Assembly: GCA_020184695.1 (NCBI GenBank)
Contig: JAANOX010000267.1
Location: forward strand, 62,001 to 126,000
Length of the DNA: 64,000 nucleotides
Direction: 5' to 3'
Origin: Histomonas meleagridis 2922-C6/04-290x
Taxonomy: Eukaryota; Protista; Parabasalia
The notes beneath the pieces were generated by a model. That model saw only the letters and a program-made list of their open reading frames with translations. It ran no database searches and had not been told where the DNA came from. Shown piece after piece: positions 1 through 11,329 of this stretch; positions within the stretch are counted from its first letter, which is position 1; each line of letters opens with the position of its first letter. Made by a program: the position numbers and the translations under genes.

Positions 1-266
1 ATTTCACGAACTGTCCATACTTTTGCACCACATATCTGATTCATAAGCTTCCTAAAGTTATCATGACATTGAGTGGCTTTGTTGAGATCAGGTGGATGTT
101 CATAAAGAAAAGCATCAAGATGGAATGGGAAACCTGTTTCAATTGAAGGGCAATGAGTTATAATATCTGTTGGGCGATCAAACTCAGAGACCTGAACAAG
201 ACTGCTTACTTTCTTAACGAGAGGAGTTTCTGAAAAACACCTGAATTTCCTCAAAGACGACAACAT
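1..266 (-). CDS. Arginine deiminase, 5' part (runs off the window start); probable hydrogenosomal leader
   Basis: Not in the ORF track. Hand translation from the ATG at 266 gives MLSSLRKFRCFSETPLVKKVSSLVQVSEFDRPTDIITHCPSIETGFPFHLDAFLYEHPPDLNKATQCHDNFRKLMNQICGAKVWTVRE. The SEF...H.P..E...H..F pattern matches the ADI N-terminus. Confidence 0.75.
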   Translation of the reverse strand, partial: MLSSLRKFRCFSETPLVKKVSSLVQVSEFDRPTDIITHCPSIETGFPFHLDAFLYEHPPDLNKATQCHDNFRKLMNQICGAKVWTVRE

Positions 267-731
267 AAATGTAAATCGATGATTTCAGGGCACCCTAAAC
301 GGAAATGATCAATAAAACAATTTACATTATAAACAAGTGTTTTGTTTTTTATTAAGAGAAAAATTTAAATGGAAGAGGAAAGTAAACTCATTCAAAACCA
401 TAAAAAACAGTAATTCTTATTAATTTTTCAATAATAAGATCATATTAATCACAAACATTTTAAACTTTCACGTCGAAAGTTTTTATTAAAAATAAAATAG
501 AGTAAATTTTTATGTGTGTAATTAGATTTTGCATTGAAATACATAATTTTATCTTTGCAGACAATCTGTGCTAAAGAATATCTTTTTGCCAAAATTTGAT
601 AGTTTTACAATGATTTGATAAATTTATTTGTATCATTCAATTTCAATTACTCAGAATTTTGGAACCTCTTTTTCAACCACAAACGGAACAAACCGTTATG
701 ACAAGAACCAAATTTTAATGACTTCACATTT

Positions 732-1277
732 ATGTTGAAGTCACATAGCGTTTTTCTTGCAAAACTACTACGCCATCAACCACAAATACTTGGTCTTTCT
801 GTTGATAATCATGGATGGGTTGATGTTAATGAATTAATTCTTAAATCACAAAATAATCAAATAAAATTTACAAAAGAAATACTTGAAAAAATCGTACAAG
901 AAGATGATAAAAAGAGGTACAAATTTAATGAGGACCATACAAAAATAAGAGCAAGTCAAGGTCATTCGTTTCATGTTGATTTGGAATTAGAACCAAAAAT
1001 ACCTCCTGAAATACTTTACCACGGAACAGCAACAAGATTTTTAAAGTCAATAATGAACGAAGGTTTGAGAAAAATGAGTCGAGAATATGTTCATCTTTCA
1101 TCTGATATTGAAACAGCTAGAAAAGTTGGTGCTAGACATGGAAAAATTGCTGTGCTAAGAATAGATTCTAAGACAATGACAGAAGATGGTTTTATATTCT
1201 TTCTTTCAGAAAATAATGTGTGGTTGACTGACTCAGTTCCAACAAAATACATCCAAGTTATTGAAGGTGATATTTAA
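732..1277 (+). CDS. kptA: RNA 2'-phosphotransferase (KptA/Tpt1), compact bacterial-like form
   Basis: Motifs LLRH, GWV, KRY, IRASQGHS, LYHGT, R.YVHLS, VGARHG and NNVWLT; 181 aa. Confidence 0.95.
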   Translation: MLKSHSVFLAKLLRHQPQILGLSVDNHGWVDVNELILKSQNNQIKFTKEILEKIVQEDDKKRYKFNEDHTKIRASQGHSFHVDLELEPKIPPEILYHGTATRFLKSIMNEGLRKMSREYVHLSSDIETARKVGARHGKIAVLRIDSKTMTEDGFIFFLSENNVWLTDSVPTKYIQVIEGDI

Positions 1278-1590
1278 CCTATTATGTTTAAAGATTTTGC
1301 AAAATCGAATAAAAATACATTTTTTAAGATTAATCATTTTTTAAACGATCTTAATTCTTATAAACTATCACCAATTTATATCTTTGTTTGTAGACTTGTA
1401 TCTCATACACACATTAAATATAAAATTTTTTCGCATTGAGATTATGATGATAATAAGGTGTCAATAAATTAACAATGTTTGTCTGACAGAAATCTTTATC
1501 TCTTTTTGGCAGATATTTGTGTGATTTTTTCATAAAGAAAACGTTCATAACCGTAATCGAACCGCTGAATGTAAAAATTTTTGAATTTTG

Positions 1591-3179
1591 ATGAAGAGAG
1601 TTGGGGATTATATTCTTAATGAAACGCTTGGGTCAGGGACCACGAGCAAAGTAAAGCTTGGACAAAATGTATATACAGAGCAAAAAGTTGCAATAAAAAT
1701 AATAAAAAAGTCAACAATTTTTTCTGATAAAGCTGTACTTCTTCCAAAATTACGTCGCGAAATATCAATAATGCGTATTCTCAATCACCCCAACATATTA
1801 CATCTCATCTGTGTTGAAGAAACTGATAAAAAGATATATTTAATTCAAGAATATGCATCAAATGGATCACTATTTGACTCCATATATAATCTTTCAATAC
1901 CACAGGCATTCAATTATTTTAGACAAATAATTTTTGGGCTAGAGTATTTACATCATCATGGGATTTGTCATCGTGATCTCAAACCAGAAAACATTCTCAT
2001 TGATTCAACACATCACATCCTAATTGCGGACTTTGGTTTTGCACGTTGGATGCCTGAAAACGTTGTTAATACTTCGTGCGGATCACCACATTATGCAGCT
2101 CCAGAAGTCATCAACGGCAAACCATATGATGGTCGTGCTGCTGATGTATGGAGTAGTGGTGTTATTTTATATGCAATGCTTACAGTATTTTCGTCATGAC
2201 CTGTTTGTTTTCAAAACAGGTCATATAATTAAAATCTAACACACAGGGGAGCCTTCCTTTCAATGACCCATCAATTAGAGTTACAATTAAGCGTATTAAA
2301 TCGGGCAAATATGTTATGCCAATTGATTTGGACGATACAATTCAAAATTTAATTAAACGGTTATTAACGGTCGACGCCGATAAGCGCATCACATTAAACC
2401 AGATCAAAAATCATCCTGCTTTTAGGATAGGCCTTCCTGAAGGGTATACACTTCCGACTCCATTGCCTTTGCCAAAGCTTGATGACCCTATTCAAATTCT
2501 TCCCGAAAATCAAGTTGCTTTAAAAGTTATTAAACGAATTGGATTTGAAGACTTGGTTTCTTTATTAGAAGAAAACACTACAAATATGGCTAAAGTTTTT
2601 TTCCATATGATGACCCAACCTTTTGACCCTGAAAACCTTCCATGGGATTCTTCAAATTTGGATGATGAAAATGTACATCCTTTTGTCTCACCGATTGACG
2701 AAACTCCTTTTTTCATGTTTCACCCAGAGCTTGAACAACAGGCATCATACGGCTCACCATTTGCTATTCCAGATTTAATACAAGATTCCACCAATTCTCC
2801 TTTGTTTATACAAGAGGAGGTTATACCTAACATTGGTATCGATAATTATGAGCTTATGACTAAGCTTCAATGGTTTCTTAGAGATAATTCATTTCAATGG
2901 TATCATCCAAGTGATCGTTGTATCATTGCACGTAATGCAAAACAGAACCTCTTCATCACATTTATAGCTACGTATGATGAAGAAGATGAACATAAGATAA
3001 ATTTGAAAATTGAAATGGCAAAAGGAACTCCGGACTATTTTAATGCGTTCTTTAGGGAAGTTAACTCACTGTTGAGTGACGGAATTGTGAACGAGGATAA
3101 GCAGTTGAATGAAGCAAACTCGTTTTCAAATGATTTTTCGGATAACTTCTCGAAGAAAAGCCAATGTAACATTTATTAA
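1591..3179 (+). CDS. CAMK-group (SNF1/BRSK-like) Ser/Thr kinase, two exons (1591-2184, 2247-3179)
   Basis: LGSGTTSKV, VAIK, HRDLKPEN, DFG and CGSPHYAAPE motifs. Splicing out 2185-2246 gives YAMLT|GSLPFNDPSIR, which joins ORFs 1588 and 2316. Confidence 0.9.
2185..2246 (+). other. Spliceosomal intron, 62 nt
   Basis: Runs GTATTT...TCTAACACACAG, matching the parabasalid fused branch-point/3' splice motif. Removal restores kinase subdomain IX-X in frame. Confidence 0.92.
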
Positions 3180-3434
3180 ACTGTTTGTTTGTTTTTATTT
3201 AGTGTATGAAAAAACTATTTTTTTTTTTTTTTTTTTCGTAAAATCAATACAATGTCTTAATTTGAAAATTAACTTTCCCAAATTCAAATTTTAAGATCAA
3301 TTCTTTGTTATTAAAAAAAAATATTAGAATTATAATTGTTTCTTGTTTCCCCAAAGGAATGGGCAACTTTTCATGTTGAGAAATGTGATGTGAACAAATT
3401 ACCGCAGAAAAAGTTAAAAGCGGTTTTAGAGTAA

Positions 3435-4880
3435 ATGGAAGGGCTGAAAGGAAATTATGATGTAGTTGTTTGTGGAACAGGCTTAACTGAAACATTAGTT
3501 TCAGGAGCTTTGTGCCAAGCAGGGAAGCACCTTGTTCATTTTGATAAATACGATTATGGAGGTTGCCGTATCAGCAAAGGATTAAATGATTTTATTAATT
3601 GGGTCACTGAAAATGGTGAAATCATTGTTAACAAATGCGAAGAGAAACTTGGCACTCCAATTCGAAATGCTGCTTATGCTTTTGATTTGATGCCAATGAC
3701 AATGTATTCACATGATGACCTCATTCAAGTTCTTATTGATACCAAAAACTTTGAGTGCGTTTATCTTTATCTTATCGATGGTCTTTATTATCGAACCAAA
3801 GATTCGTTTCATTCAATTCCTTGTTCTAAGTCATCTATTTTCCAAGACAAATCCATTCCGATGCGTCAAAAGCGTGCCGTTATGAAGTTTATCTCCTATT
3901 TCTTCCCTGAAGCCGAGTTTGGACATCTTACAGATACCGAAGAGATCCAACGTAAAGTCGAAGAATTCAATGACAAGCCATTTAAAGATCTCCTTACTGA
4001 TCTGGGCTTTAACGAAGATCTAAATGGTGCGTTTGAATATTTTATTGCATTAGCACCAAAACCACTTCTTACAAAAGAAGCTGTTCCAAGGATCCGATAC
4101 TTTTGCAAATCCTTTGGCATCTACGGCGCAAGTTCTCTCTTAGGTTCTGCGTATGGCTCCAGCGAGTTACCGCAACTTTTTGCACGCCATACTGCAGTTT
4201 ACGGGGGAATTTATGTACTTCACCACTACCCGGAGACCGTTAAAGCCGTTAACGATAGCATTGAACTTGAAGTTAATGAAATTGGCAAAATCACAACATC
4301 AATTCTTATTACTTCTCCAATATATTTACCATCCACAGGTAAAACTAAGCTTATAGCATATCGTGAAGTGTTATTATTAACATCGCCAATGTTTGAACAA
4401 TATCATTCAGTAGCTGTTATCCCACCGAATGTAATGGGTAATGAAAAGCCGGTGTATATTCATCAGTTCGATTCATCGATGAAATATTGTGAAAAAGGTC
4501 AATACATAATACACGTTTCCGCAATGTGCGAAATACGAAATATTGTCGATGAGCTCTTGAAAGAGTTGCCTGAGGACTCAATAGTACTCAGAACTTCGTT
4601 TGTGCTGACTGAGCCTGTGGCTGAAGTCGACGGAAATGGAATATACGTTGTGCCAAGCCCCAGTTTGGACGAGCTGGTGTTCGGCACGAACTACTTCCTG
4701 AGCCAGGCAAAGGAAATAATGAAAAGGATCGACCCGACAATACCGTTCTACCCGAAGCCGACTGAGGTGGAGGTGTTCATTGACGAGGAAGAGCCCGCAA
4801 AGGAGGAGAAGAAAGAGGAAACAAAGGAGGAGAAGAAAGAGGAAAAAGAAGAAAATGAAGAGGAAAAGAAAGAGGAGTAA
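3435..4880 (+). CDS. Rab GDI / Rab escort protein (REP) family
   Basis: N-terminal YDVVVCGTGL.E...SGAL...GK..VHFD..YGG, then FDLMP, YGSSELPQLFAR..AVYGG.YVL; acidic tail. Confidence 0.88.
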   Translation: MEGLKGNYDVVVCGTGLTETLVSGALCQAGKHLVHFDKYDYGGCRISKGLNDFINWVTENGEIIVNKCEEKLGTPIRNAAYAFDLMPMTMYSHDDLIQVLIDTKNFECVYLYLIDGLYYRTKDSFHSIPCSKSSIFQDKSIPMRQKRAVMKFISYFFPEAEFGHLTDTEEIQRKVEEFNDKPFKDLLTDLGFNEDLNGAFEYFIALAPKPLLTKEAVPRIRYFCKSFGIYGASSLLGSAYGSSELPQLFARHTAVYGGIYVLHHYPETVKAVNDSIELEVNEIGKITTSILITSPIYLPSTGKTKLIAYREVLLLTSPMFEQYHSVAVIPPNVMGNEKPVYIHQFDSSMKYCEKGQYIIHVSAMCEIRNIVDELLKELPEDSIVLRTSFVLTEPVAEVDGNGIYVVPSPSLDELVFGTNYFLSQAKEIMKRIDPTIPFYPKPTEVEVFIDEEEPAKEEKKEETKEEKKEEKEENEEEKKEE

Positions 4881-5435
4881 ATTAGGAATAAAAAATGGGT
4901 TTTGTATTTGATATTGATCGAGTTTATTTAATATTTATGAAGATGTTTTTATAACAGTACATAGCAAAGTTATTTAGCGTTGTCATATGTTAATGGAATA
5001 TAGAATAATGTCTTTACCACAAATAGAATGTTTTAACCAACCCAAAGATTTATTGTTAAAATGATAGATATTCCTTAATTCGAATTTATAAATCCCATTT
5101 TATGTACGAATAATTGGTAAATGAATTGTAGAAAAAAAGTAATATAGAAAATAATATCTAATCACTTATTTTTTATGAATGCGTGCCAAAAATACTGAGA
5201 ATATTATGAGAAAAATAATGTAAATTTTTTCTTATTATTGGATCTTGAGTGATAACTTCATTTTATATAAAAAATACTCCAAAGTGACCTCAATTTATAT
5301 ATACAAACAAAAAAACATAGTATTATAATAAAATGATGAATATTATGCACGAGGAACGAAATTTTTAACGTTCATTTTATAATTTGGGTGGGCTGCTGTA
5401 ATTAAGCGGCTTCGTTCGAATCTATCGTCTAAGTT

Positions 5436-6401
5436 ATGTTTTACCAGCAAATCTCATTAAATACAATCAAATTTACCGAAGGCGCAAAGTCTATATGCGT
5501 TTCACTTCCCAATGGATTTGCTGTTTTTGGCCTCAACCCATTGAAAAAACGAATTAGTAGGTTAATCGAAGGAAGGGATTATAACAATGCAGTCACATTA
5601 GAAAACACCGAAATCATAATAGCATCAACTTCACAGCAAAATCATATTACAAATGATGTTTTATGTATTTTTGATAATGCAATTGGAAGACCAGTTATGT
5701 TAATACAATGCGCTAAACCTATTCAAAACATATTCATGCTACAGAATATGTTTGCATTTTCCTCTGAAACAGAAGTAAGAGTATACACATTCAAGCCGCC
5801 CATGATTTTCTGTCAATATCGTACAGCACCAAACAAATATGCACCATGCGATTTTATTAAATACAAAGAATATTATATGGTTGCCATGACAGGTCGCGAA
5901 CCAGGAATGCTTCGAATCATCCAAAATAACCCAACAGAATACTTCGACATAACTATTCCTGCTCACTCTCATCCACTATCTGTCATTAAGTTCAATTCCA
6001 ATGGCTCACTTATAGCAACAGCTTCTGAGTCTGGAACGCTAATTCAATTATTTGATGTAAAATCAGAACAATTGATTGCAAAGTTCCGACGTGGCAAACT
6101 CCCTGCTGCTATAATGTGTATTGCATTCTCGTATGAGTCGGAATTCCTTGCAGTCGCATCAGCAAAGGGAACAGTTCACATTTTCGAGCTATCGTCGCTA
6201 TCGGCAGTTGATCAAAACACTGCAACTAGAGCAGAAATGAAAATAGAGTTTCCAGGCGAAACAATAGTTGCAATGGAATTCATGTCTAGAAATATGATAT
6301 ATGTTGCTTTTAAAAATGGTGACTTGAAACAGATTAAATTTAACGAAGCAAACAAAACAGTTACAATTGAAAAAAATGACTCTCTAGTGGGAATGTTTTA
6401 A
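5436..6401 (+). CDS. PROPPIN (Atg18/WIPI-like) WD40 protein
   Basis: AHSHPLSVIKFNSNGSLIATASESGTLI...FRRG; FRRG is the phosphoinositide-binding motif. Confidence 0.9.
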   Translation: MFYQQISLNTIKFTEGAKSICVSLPNGFAVFGLNPLKKRISRLIEGRDYNNAVTLENTEIIIASTSQQNHITNDVLCIFDNAIGRPVMLIQCAKPIQNIFMLQNMFAFSSETEVRVYTFKPPMIFCQYRTAPNKYAPCDFIKYKEYYMVAMTGREPGMLRIIQNNPTEYFDITIPAHSHPLSVIKFNSNGSLIATASESGTLIQLFDVKSEQLIAKFRRGKLPAAIMCIAFSYESEFLAVASAKGTVHIFELSSLSAVDQNTATRAEMKIEFPGETIVAMEFMSRNMIYVAFKNGDLKQIKFNEANKTVTIEKNDSLVGMF

Positions 6402-6449
6402 ACATGTTTATATAAAAAATGTTTGTTTTCTATAAAAATGATAATATAT

Positions 6450-6695
6450 TTATTCATTTTCTTTTGTTGGAATTTCGTCGTATTCAACATTGTTTAAATT
6501 GGCATCCTTCTTATTTAATATTACTAATGCGATTGCTCCAATTACAAACATTACTGCAATTGATACACCAAAACATGAAAATAGTAGAGTTACAAAAGTT
6601 TTGGTTGGAAGAGGTGTTGCAGATGGTTGTGGTGATTGTGATGGCGTTACTTCTTCATTTATCGTGAAAACTAATGATAAGAAAAGCAAAAACAT
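6450..6695 (-). CDS. Small single-pass membrane protein
   Basis: Hydrophobic N-terminus, short P/S/T stalk, one TM segment, and a short tail ending YDEI. ATG is at 6695; the ORF track starts at an upstream GTG. Confidence 0.6.
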   Translation of the reverse strand: MFLLFLSLVFTINEEVTPSQSPQPSATPLPTKTFVTLLFSCFGVSIAVMFVIGAIALVILNKKDANLNNVEYDEIPTKENE

Positions 6696-6806
6696 TTGCA
6701 CAAGCTGATCTTATTTGGACCACCCCGAACGGATCCGTTAATTCCCATCGTCATGTAGGTTAAATTTAACCGTTAAAACCAACTTTTTCAATGCTAAATC
6801 AGATTT

Positions 6807-8113
6807 ATGTTTGAAGAACCATCTGCAAATATCACTCAATTCCTTCGCGACACACTTATCAATGACAAAGTTAAGTTCATCAAAGAATTTGCTGTTAGTG
6901 ATGAAGAATACAATTTTAAATTCGAACCAACAACAACAGATTTACCAGAAGAAATTCAATATCAATGTCCAATTTTAAATGTTGCCATTTTTTATAACGC
7001 AATGAATAGCTTCAAGCACTTAGTTCAAGGAGGTTCTAAGCTTACAGGAACTGATTCATGGCTTTGTGGACCAGCTCATATGGCAGCTCGTTGTGGCCGT
7101 ATCAAAATGCTTAGCCATGAACTCCTCGAAACGATCAATTTCCAGGCAATGGATTGGCGCGGTAGAACGCCAGCACATTATGCTGCTGAATTTGATCATT
7201 TAGATTGCCTTCGTTTTCTTATTGAAACCAAAGGTTGCAATCCTAATGCTCGTGACAAATTCGGTATGACTCCATTACATCTTGCATGTGCAAATGGACA
7301 TATTGATATTATTGAATATCTTATTCAAAACAATGCAGAGTGGACAACTGATGCACTCAATCGTTCTCCACTTGAAGTAGCTGTTGAAAAAGGACAAATC
7401 GAAGCACTTCGTTTCTTTGCATCAAGGAATCAATCAGCAATAATTAATAGTGAAACTGTTTTTTTCTAATATTTAGTGGCGTTTATTTAACATATTTCGA
7501 AGCCTCGCACACGTTGCTGCTATTAGCGGGTTTGAAGACGAGATTGAGTTTCTATCTACAATTCAAGGATTTGATTTCAACAAGTTGGACAACTTTGGTA
7601 TGTCACCACTTCATTATGCTGCTGAACATGGTCAATCTAAAGTAATTTCTGTACTTTTAGGTAATGAAAGTGTTAATCGAAATATTCTTAGTGGAAATAT
7701 CCATTTGATTTTTTTGGAATTTTTTTGAAATTTTTGAACATCCTTTACATACAGCTGCAAGACATGGACAAACCCATGCTATAGATTCTCTTTTAAGCAC
7801 GAATCCGGTTGAAAATAATCCTCTTGATTCAAGGAGAAATACTCCATTACACATCGCAGCAATGAATGGTCGTATTGACTCTGTACAAATATTGCTTGAC
7901 GGTGGCGGTAGTAAATCTGCTATTAATGCTGATGCTATGACTCCTACTGATGTAGCTCATGGAACATATGCAAGAAATATTCAAGAAGCACTTGATGGAA
8001 AGCTTCAAAACATCATGTACTTATGTGAGCCAGACCCTTACCCACAAAAGAAGCCGCAGCCGCAGCAAGAGCCTCCCAAACCACAGCAAGACAGTGGTTG
8101 CGTGGTCCAATAA
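6807..8113 (+). CDS. Ankyrin-repeat protein with C-terminal CaaX (CVVQ), interrupted by four 17-nt spacers
   Basis: Ankyrin repeats occupy three reading frames (6807-7457, about 7498-7695, about 7736-8113). Removing 7458-7474, 7481-7497, 7696-7712 and 7719-7735 gives a 1239-nt ORF (412 aa) with hairpins ETSGRSLAH and SGFGEHPLH. Confidence 0.8.
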
Positions 8114-8189
8114 GTAAACAACGCATGACACTTTTATTTTTGGTCAGACAAAGTCTGTCAAATTGCGTGGCATGGCCTTCCTTTTTAAA

Positions 8190-8522
8190 ATGCCTCTTTT
8201 CCATAAGCAGCCACAAGAACCAAAGAAGATTGAAACTACAATCCACATTCAAAAGCTCGTTTATAACTCTCGTCGTAAGCTTAAGGCTCAAAATGCAATT
8301 AAGCAAATCGTTAAAACTGGTCAAACTTTAATGGGAACAAAGGACGTAAAAATCGATCAAGAACTTAACAGCCGTATATGGTACAGAAGTAGAGCTAACC
8401 CACCTGCAAGAGTTCGTGTCTTATTCGAAAGAAAAGCTGACGATAATGGAAATATGATCACAACAGCTTCTTATGTTGATGTTCCAACATTCAAGGGACT
8501 TCAAACCGAAAAGAAGGAGTAA
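8190..8522 (+). CDS. RPL31: 60S ribosomal protein eL31
   Basis: TIHIQK..KA.NAIKQI..MGTKDVKIDQELN..IW.R...PP.RVRV and VPTFKGLQT. The likely ATG is 8190. Confidence 0.92.
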   Translation: MPLFHKQPQEPKKIETTIHIQKLVYNSRRKLKAQNAIKQIVKTGQTLMGTKDVKIDQELNSRIWYRSRANPPARVRVLFERKADDNGNMITTASYVDVPTFKGLQTEKKE

Positions 8523-8739
8523 AAATTTAAGCTTCGTTTAATCTTCTTTTAATCTTTTTTTATTGAATTGATTTCATATGGAGCTGATTATTTGAAGCAA
8601 AGTAAAATTTTTATTATATGCACCAAAATAACAAAGAAATAACTTCAAACATGACATTATTCGCCATTTTGAATTCGAAAAAACTTCCTCAAATTTATGT
8701 CACTTTTAATAACGAAATTCTTCTATTGTATTCTATTTA

Positions 8740-9822
8740 TTAATTGAAGATTTTTGTTTCATTAATTACAGCCAGCCACGCCATAAAGAGTGGAAATCCT
8801 ATTATGTGTGACAAAAAGAATGTTGTTGATACCGAGTCATCTTTGTACTCATCAAATGCATGATTTTCCACACCAATTGAATCTAGCGGAAGTGTAAACA
8901 TTAACACACATATCGTTGCTGTATTACCATTAACGCCTGTTGCGAGGCACCAAATCAATGCAATAAGTGGCATTACAATATGATGCATAATCAAATTTCC
9001 AACAACGCGAAGCCATTTGACACCACTAAACTTTAGCCTTCTGAAAACAGTTCCGCAGAAGAACAGAATTGTGCATGGAAGAGTGTTCTCGGTTCTGTTG
9101 ACTATTGTATCTATATAAAGAGGAATACTCCATTTTGTACCACTCCAACACATACCAATTATGAAACAGAGATTTTGGGTGTTGAAGATGGCGTGGAACA
9201 TTTCCCATCCATCAGTATCACGACCTCCATTAAATGGCTCAACTGGTTTTTCAGGCTCTTGCGTCTCTGGATCGGTATTTGGTTCATCCTCAGGATTAGT
9301 TGTGCCAGAGCTATTTGATGACATTTCCATTGATAATTGATTGGAATTGAAATTGGAGATTCTAAGTTGACCGTATATATGAAATGGACGCAAGAAAAGA
9401 GTTTGGACAAACATCATGATAGCCGCTATATAAAGATGGTTATCATCGTCTGCAAGAGAATTCAAAATTTGGGCACCATATGAAATGAAACTGACGTAAA
9501 TGATAGAGTTGCTTGCCTTAAGGAATTTCTTGAATTTGTTTTTGGATTTGAATGAAAAGATATATGCAAATATTAATATGAAAGTTGAAAGTTCTGTTAG
9601 AAAGGTAATCAATAAAGGAGCCCACGTGTCTAGTGTATAGGAGCTTCGAGCAATTTCCCTGAAAAAAAATCCTGGATAACATAGAAGCCTTAGTACTCTG
9701 AATACATCGAGTGCTGAAGTTACATCATAAAAATCAAATACTATTGCAAATATGTATCCTAAAATAGCAATAAAATAAAGAACCAGATATGACTGTAAGT
9801 TTTGGACATAACTGGTTGACAT
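8740..9822 (-). CDS. Auxin-efflux-carrier-like (AEC/Mem_trans) multi-pass transporter
   Basis: Two TM bundles separated by an acidic loop; P..FF motif and C-terminal TFFLSHIIGFP. Confidence 0.6.
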   Translation of the reverse strand: MSTSYVQNLQSYLVLYFIAILGYIFAIVFDFYDVTSALDVFRVLRLLCYPGFFFREIARSSYTLDTWAPLLITFLTELSTFILIFAYIFSFKSKNKFKKFLKASNSIIYVSFISYGAQILNSLADDDNHLYIAAIMMFVQTLFLRPFHIYGQLRISNFNSNQLSMEMSSNSSGTTNPEDEPNTDPETQEPEKPVEPFNGGRDTDGWEMFHAIFNTQNLCFIIGMCWSGTKWSIPLYIDTIVNRTENTLPCTILFFCGTVFRRLKFSGVKWLRVVGNLIMHHIVMPLIALIWCLATGVNGNTATICVLMFTLPLDSIGVENHAFDEYKDDSVSTTFFLSHIIGFPLFMAWLAVINETKIFN

Positions 9823-11329
9823 TTATGTCTATTGGTCGGGTAAAAATTCATTTGGCTTTTTGAGTGTCCTCATTTGAACGGTCCTATCAAATTGAGAGGC
9901 ACCAGCAAATTTTAAACCCAATTTTGATGAAAAACGATACCGAAGATGATTGGTGAATTGAAAATTGTGATATTTACATATCATCGTCTCATTTTTTTAT
10001 GATGATTTTGATAAAAGAATACATCAATTTAAATGGAAGAAAATCGTTTAAATTATCCCTGATAAAATTTCATCAATGATTCAAAACTAAAAGCAAAACC
10101 AAATCTATTTCATTTGGATTTTTAATTTATCACAAATCGAAATGTTTTGAATAACCAGTTTCTTTTATTCAACATTATATTTAATTATTGACTGGAAATC
10201 ATCTATCAAATGATCTTCCAGAGGATCTATTTAATTTTATATAACATTTGAAGAATTTTTTTTTGATCTGATCAATTTAATGTAAAGGAATCAAAAAGTT
10301 ATAATTATGATCATGTTTAATTTTTCCTTCCAATTCATTTAAATGAACGTACAGTACTGAAAATGTATGGGTATAGCAGCTGAAATAATTGTTTGACATG
10401 TAAGATCTAACTAAATCATCTCATATACATCAATTTGATATTAAAAGTAATTATTATATATAAAATGAATTAATAATAATAGTTTCTATGTCAAATAACA
10501 AGCAAGTTCAGATTTATGAAGATACTATATATTTTATGATGCAGGAATTATGTAAAAAACATTTTAATTCTGATATCGATATATCCAAGGCCATTCCTGG
10601 GGATGGACAGATTGTGGTTCTCTGTTAACAGAGATAATTGTTAGTGAATTGAATATTCAATATTGGAAAAAATTGATTTTTTTTTCGCAATCACTGATTT
10701 TTCAAATTCTTGCATTCATCTTAGTATATGAGTATTTCAATAAACATTTTCGATAGTTATTAAATCGTAAAAATTATTATATATAAATAATTCAAATTAA
10801 TGTACTCAAAAAAAATTTCGAAACTATATATCTGTTGCAGGTGTTCAAAATGCACAATAAATTGATTTGAATTTGCAGTAATCATTATTTACCAGAAATT
10901 CATTGGTATTTTTTCTGTTCTCCTTAATTCTCAATATGATCTGAGAAATACAATTTTTTATATTTTGTGTATAGGTTGTAAAATCTTGACGTCGATTTTT
11001 CCGGTAAAATTGAACGTTATTTCATAAGTTTACATTTTTTGTTGTTTTCTCCAAATCTTTGAAGGGTTATCTTTTGTTTTACATTTATTTGAGAATATCA
11101 TATATGGTTCAATCAAATCTTTACTATTATAATGAATTATCATTAAACAATATCAATAAAAGTCAAAATTATTTATCGAATAAATTTCATTTCATTGATA
11201 TAATATTTAATCATACTCGAGAAAATGTATATCATATTTTTCGGAGGCAAGTTCAAAATGATACTGCATTGATGTTTTTACTTTGTCAAAAATAATAATA
11301 AAAAAAAAATCAATCACATTCCTATAATG

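Noticed and set aside
7458-7476. 19-nt GT-AG intron (GTTTTTTTCTAATATTTAG) as the fix for the first ankyrin break
   Set aside because: It restores the frame but yields ETWRLFNIFRSLAH, with no hairpin Gly and extra residues. The 17+17 parse gives consensus and matches 13 other junctions. It is not excluded without cDNA.
7691-7754. 64-nt GT-AG intron for the second break
   Set aside because: It is in frame but deletes the PLHTA core of the repeat, and the donor and branch sequences are non-consensus.
9950-11300. Possible decayed gene upstream of the BspA pseudogene
   Set aside because: Only short broken frames with no identifiable family.
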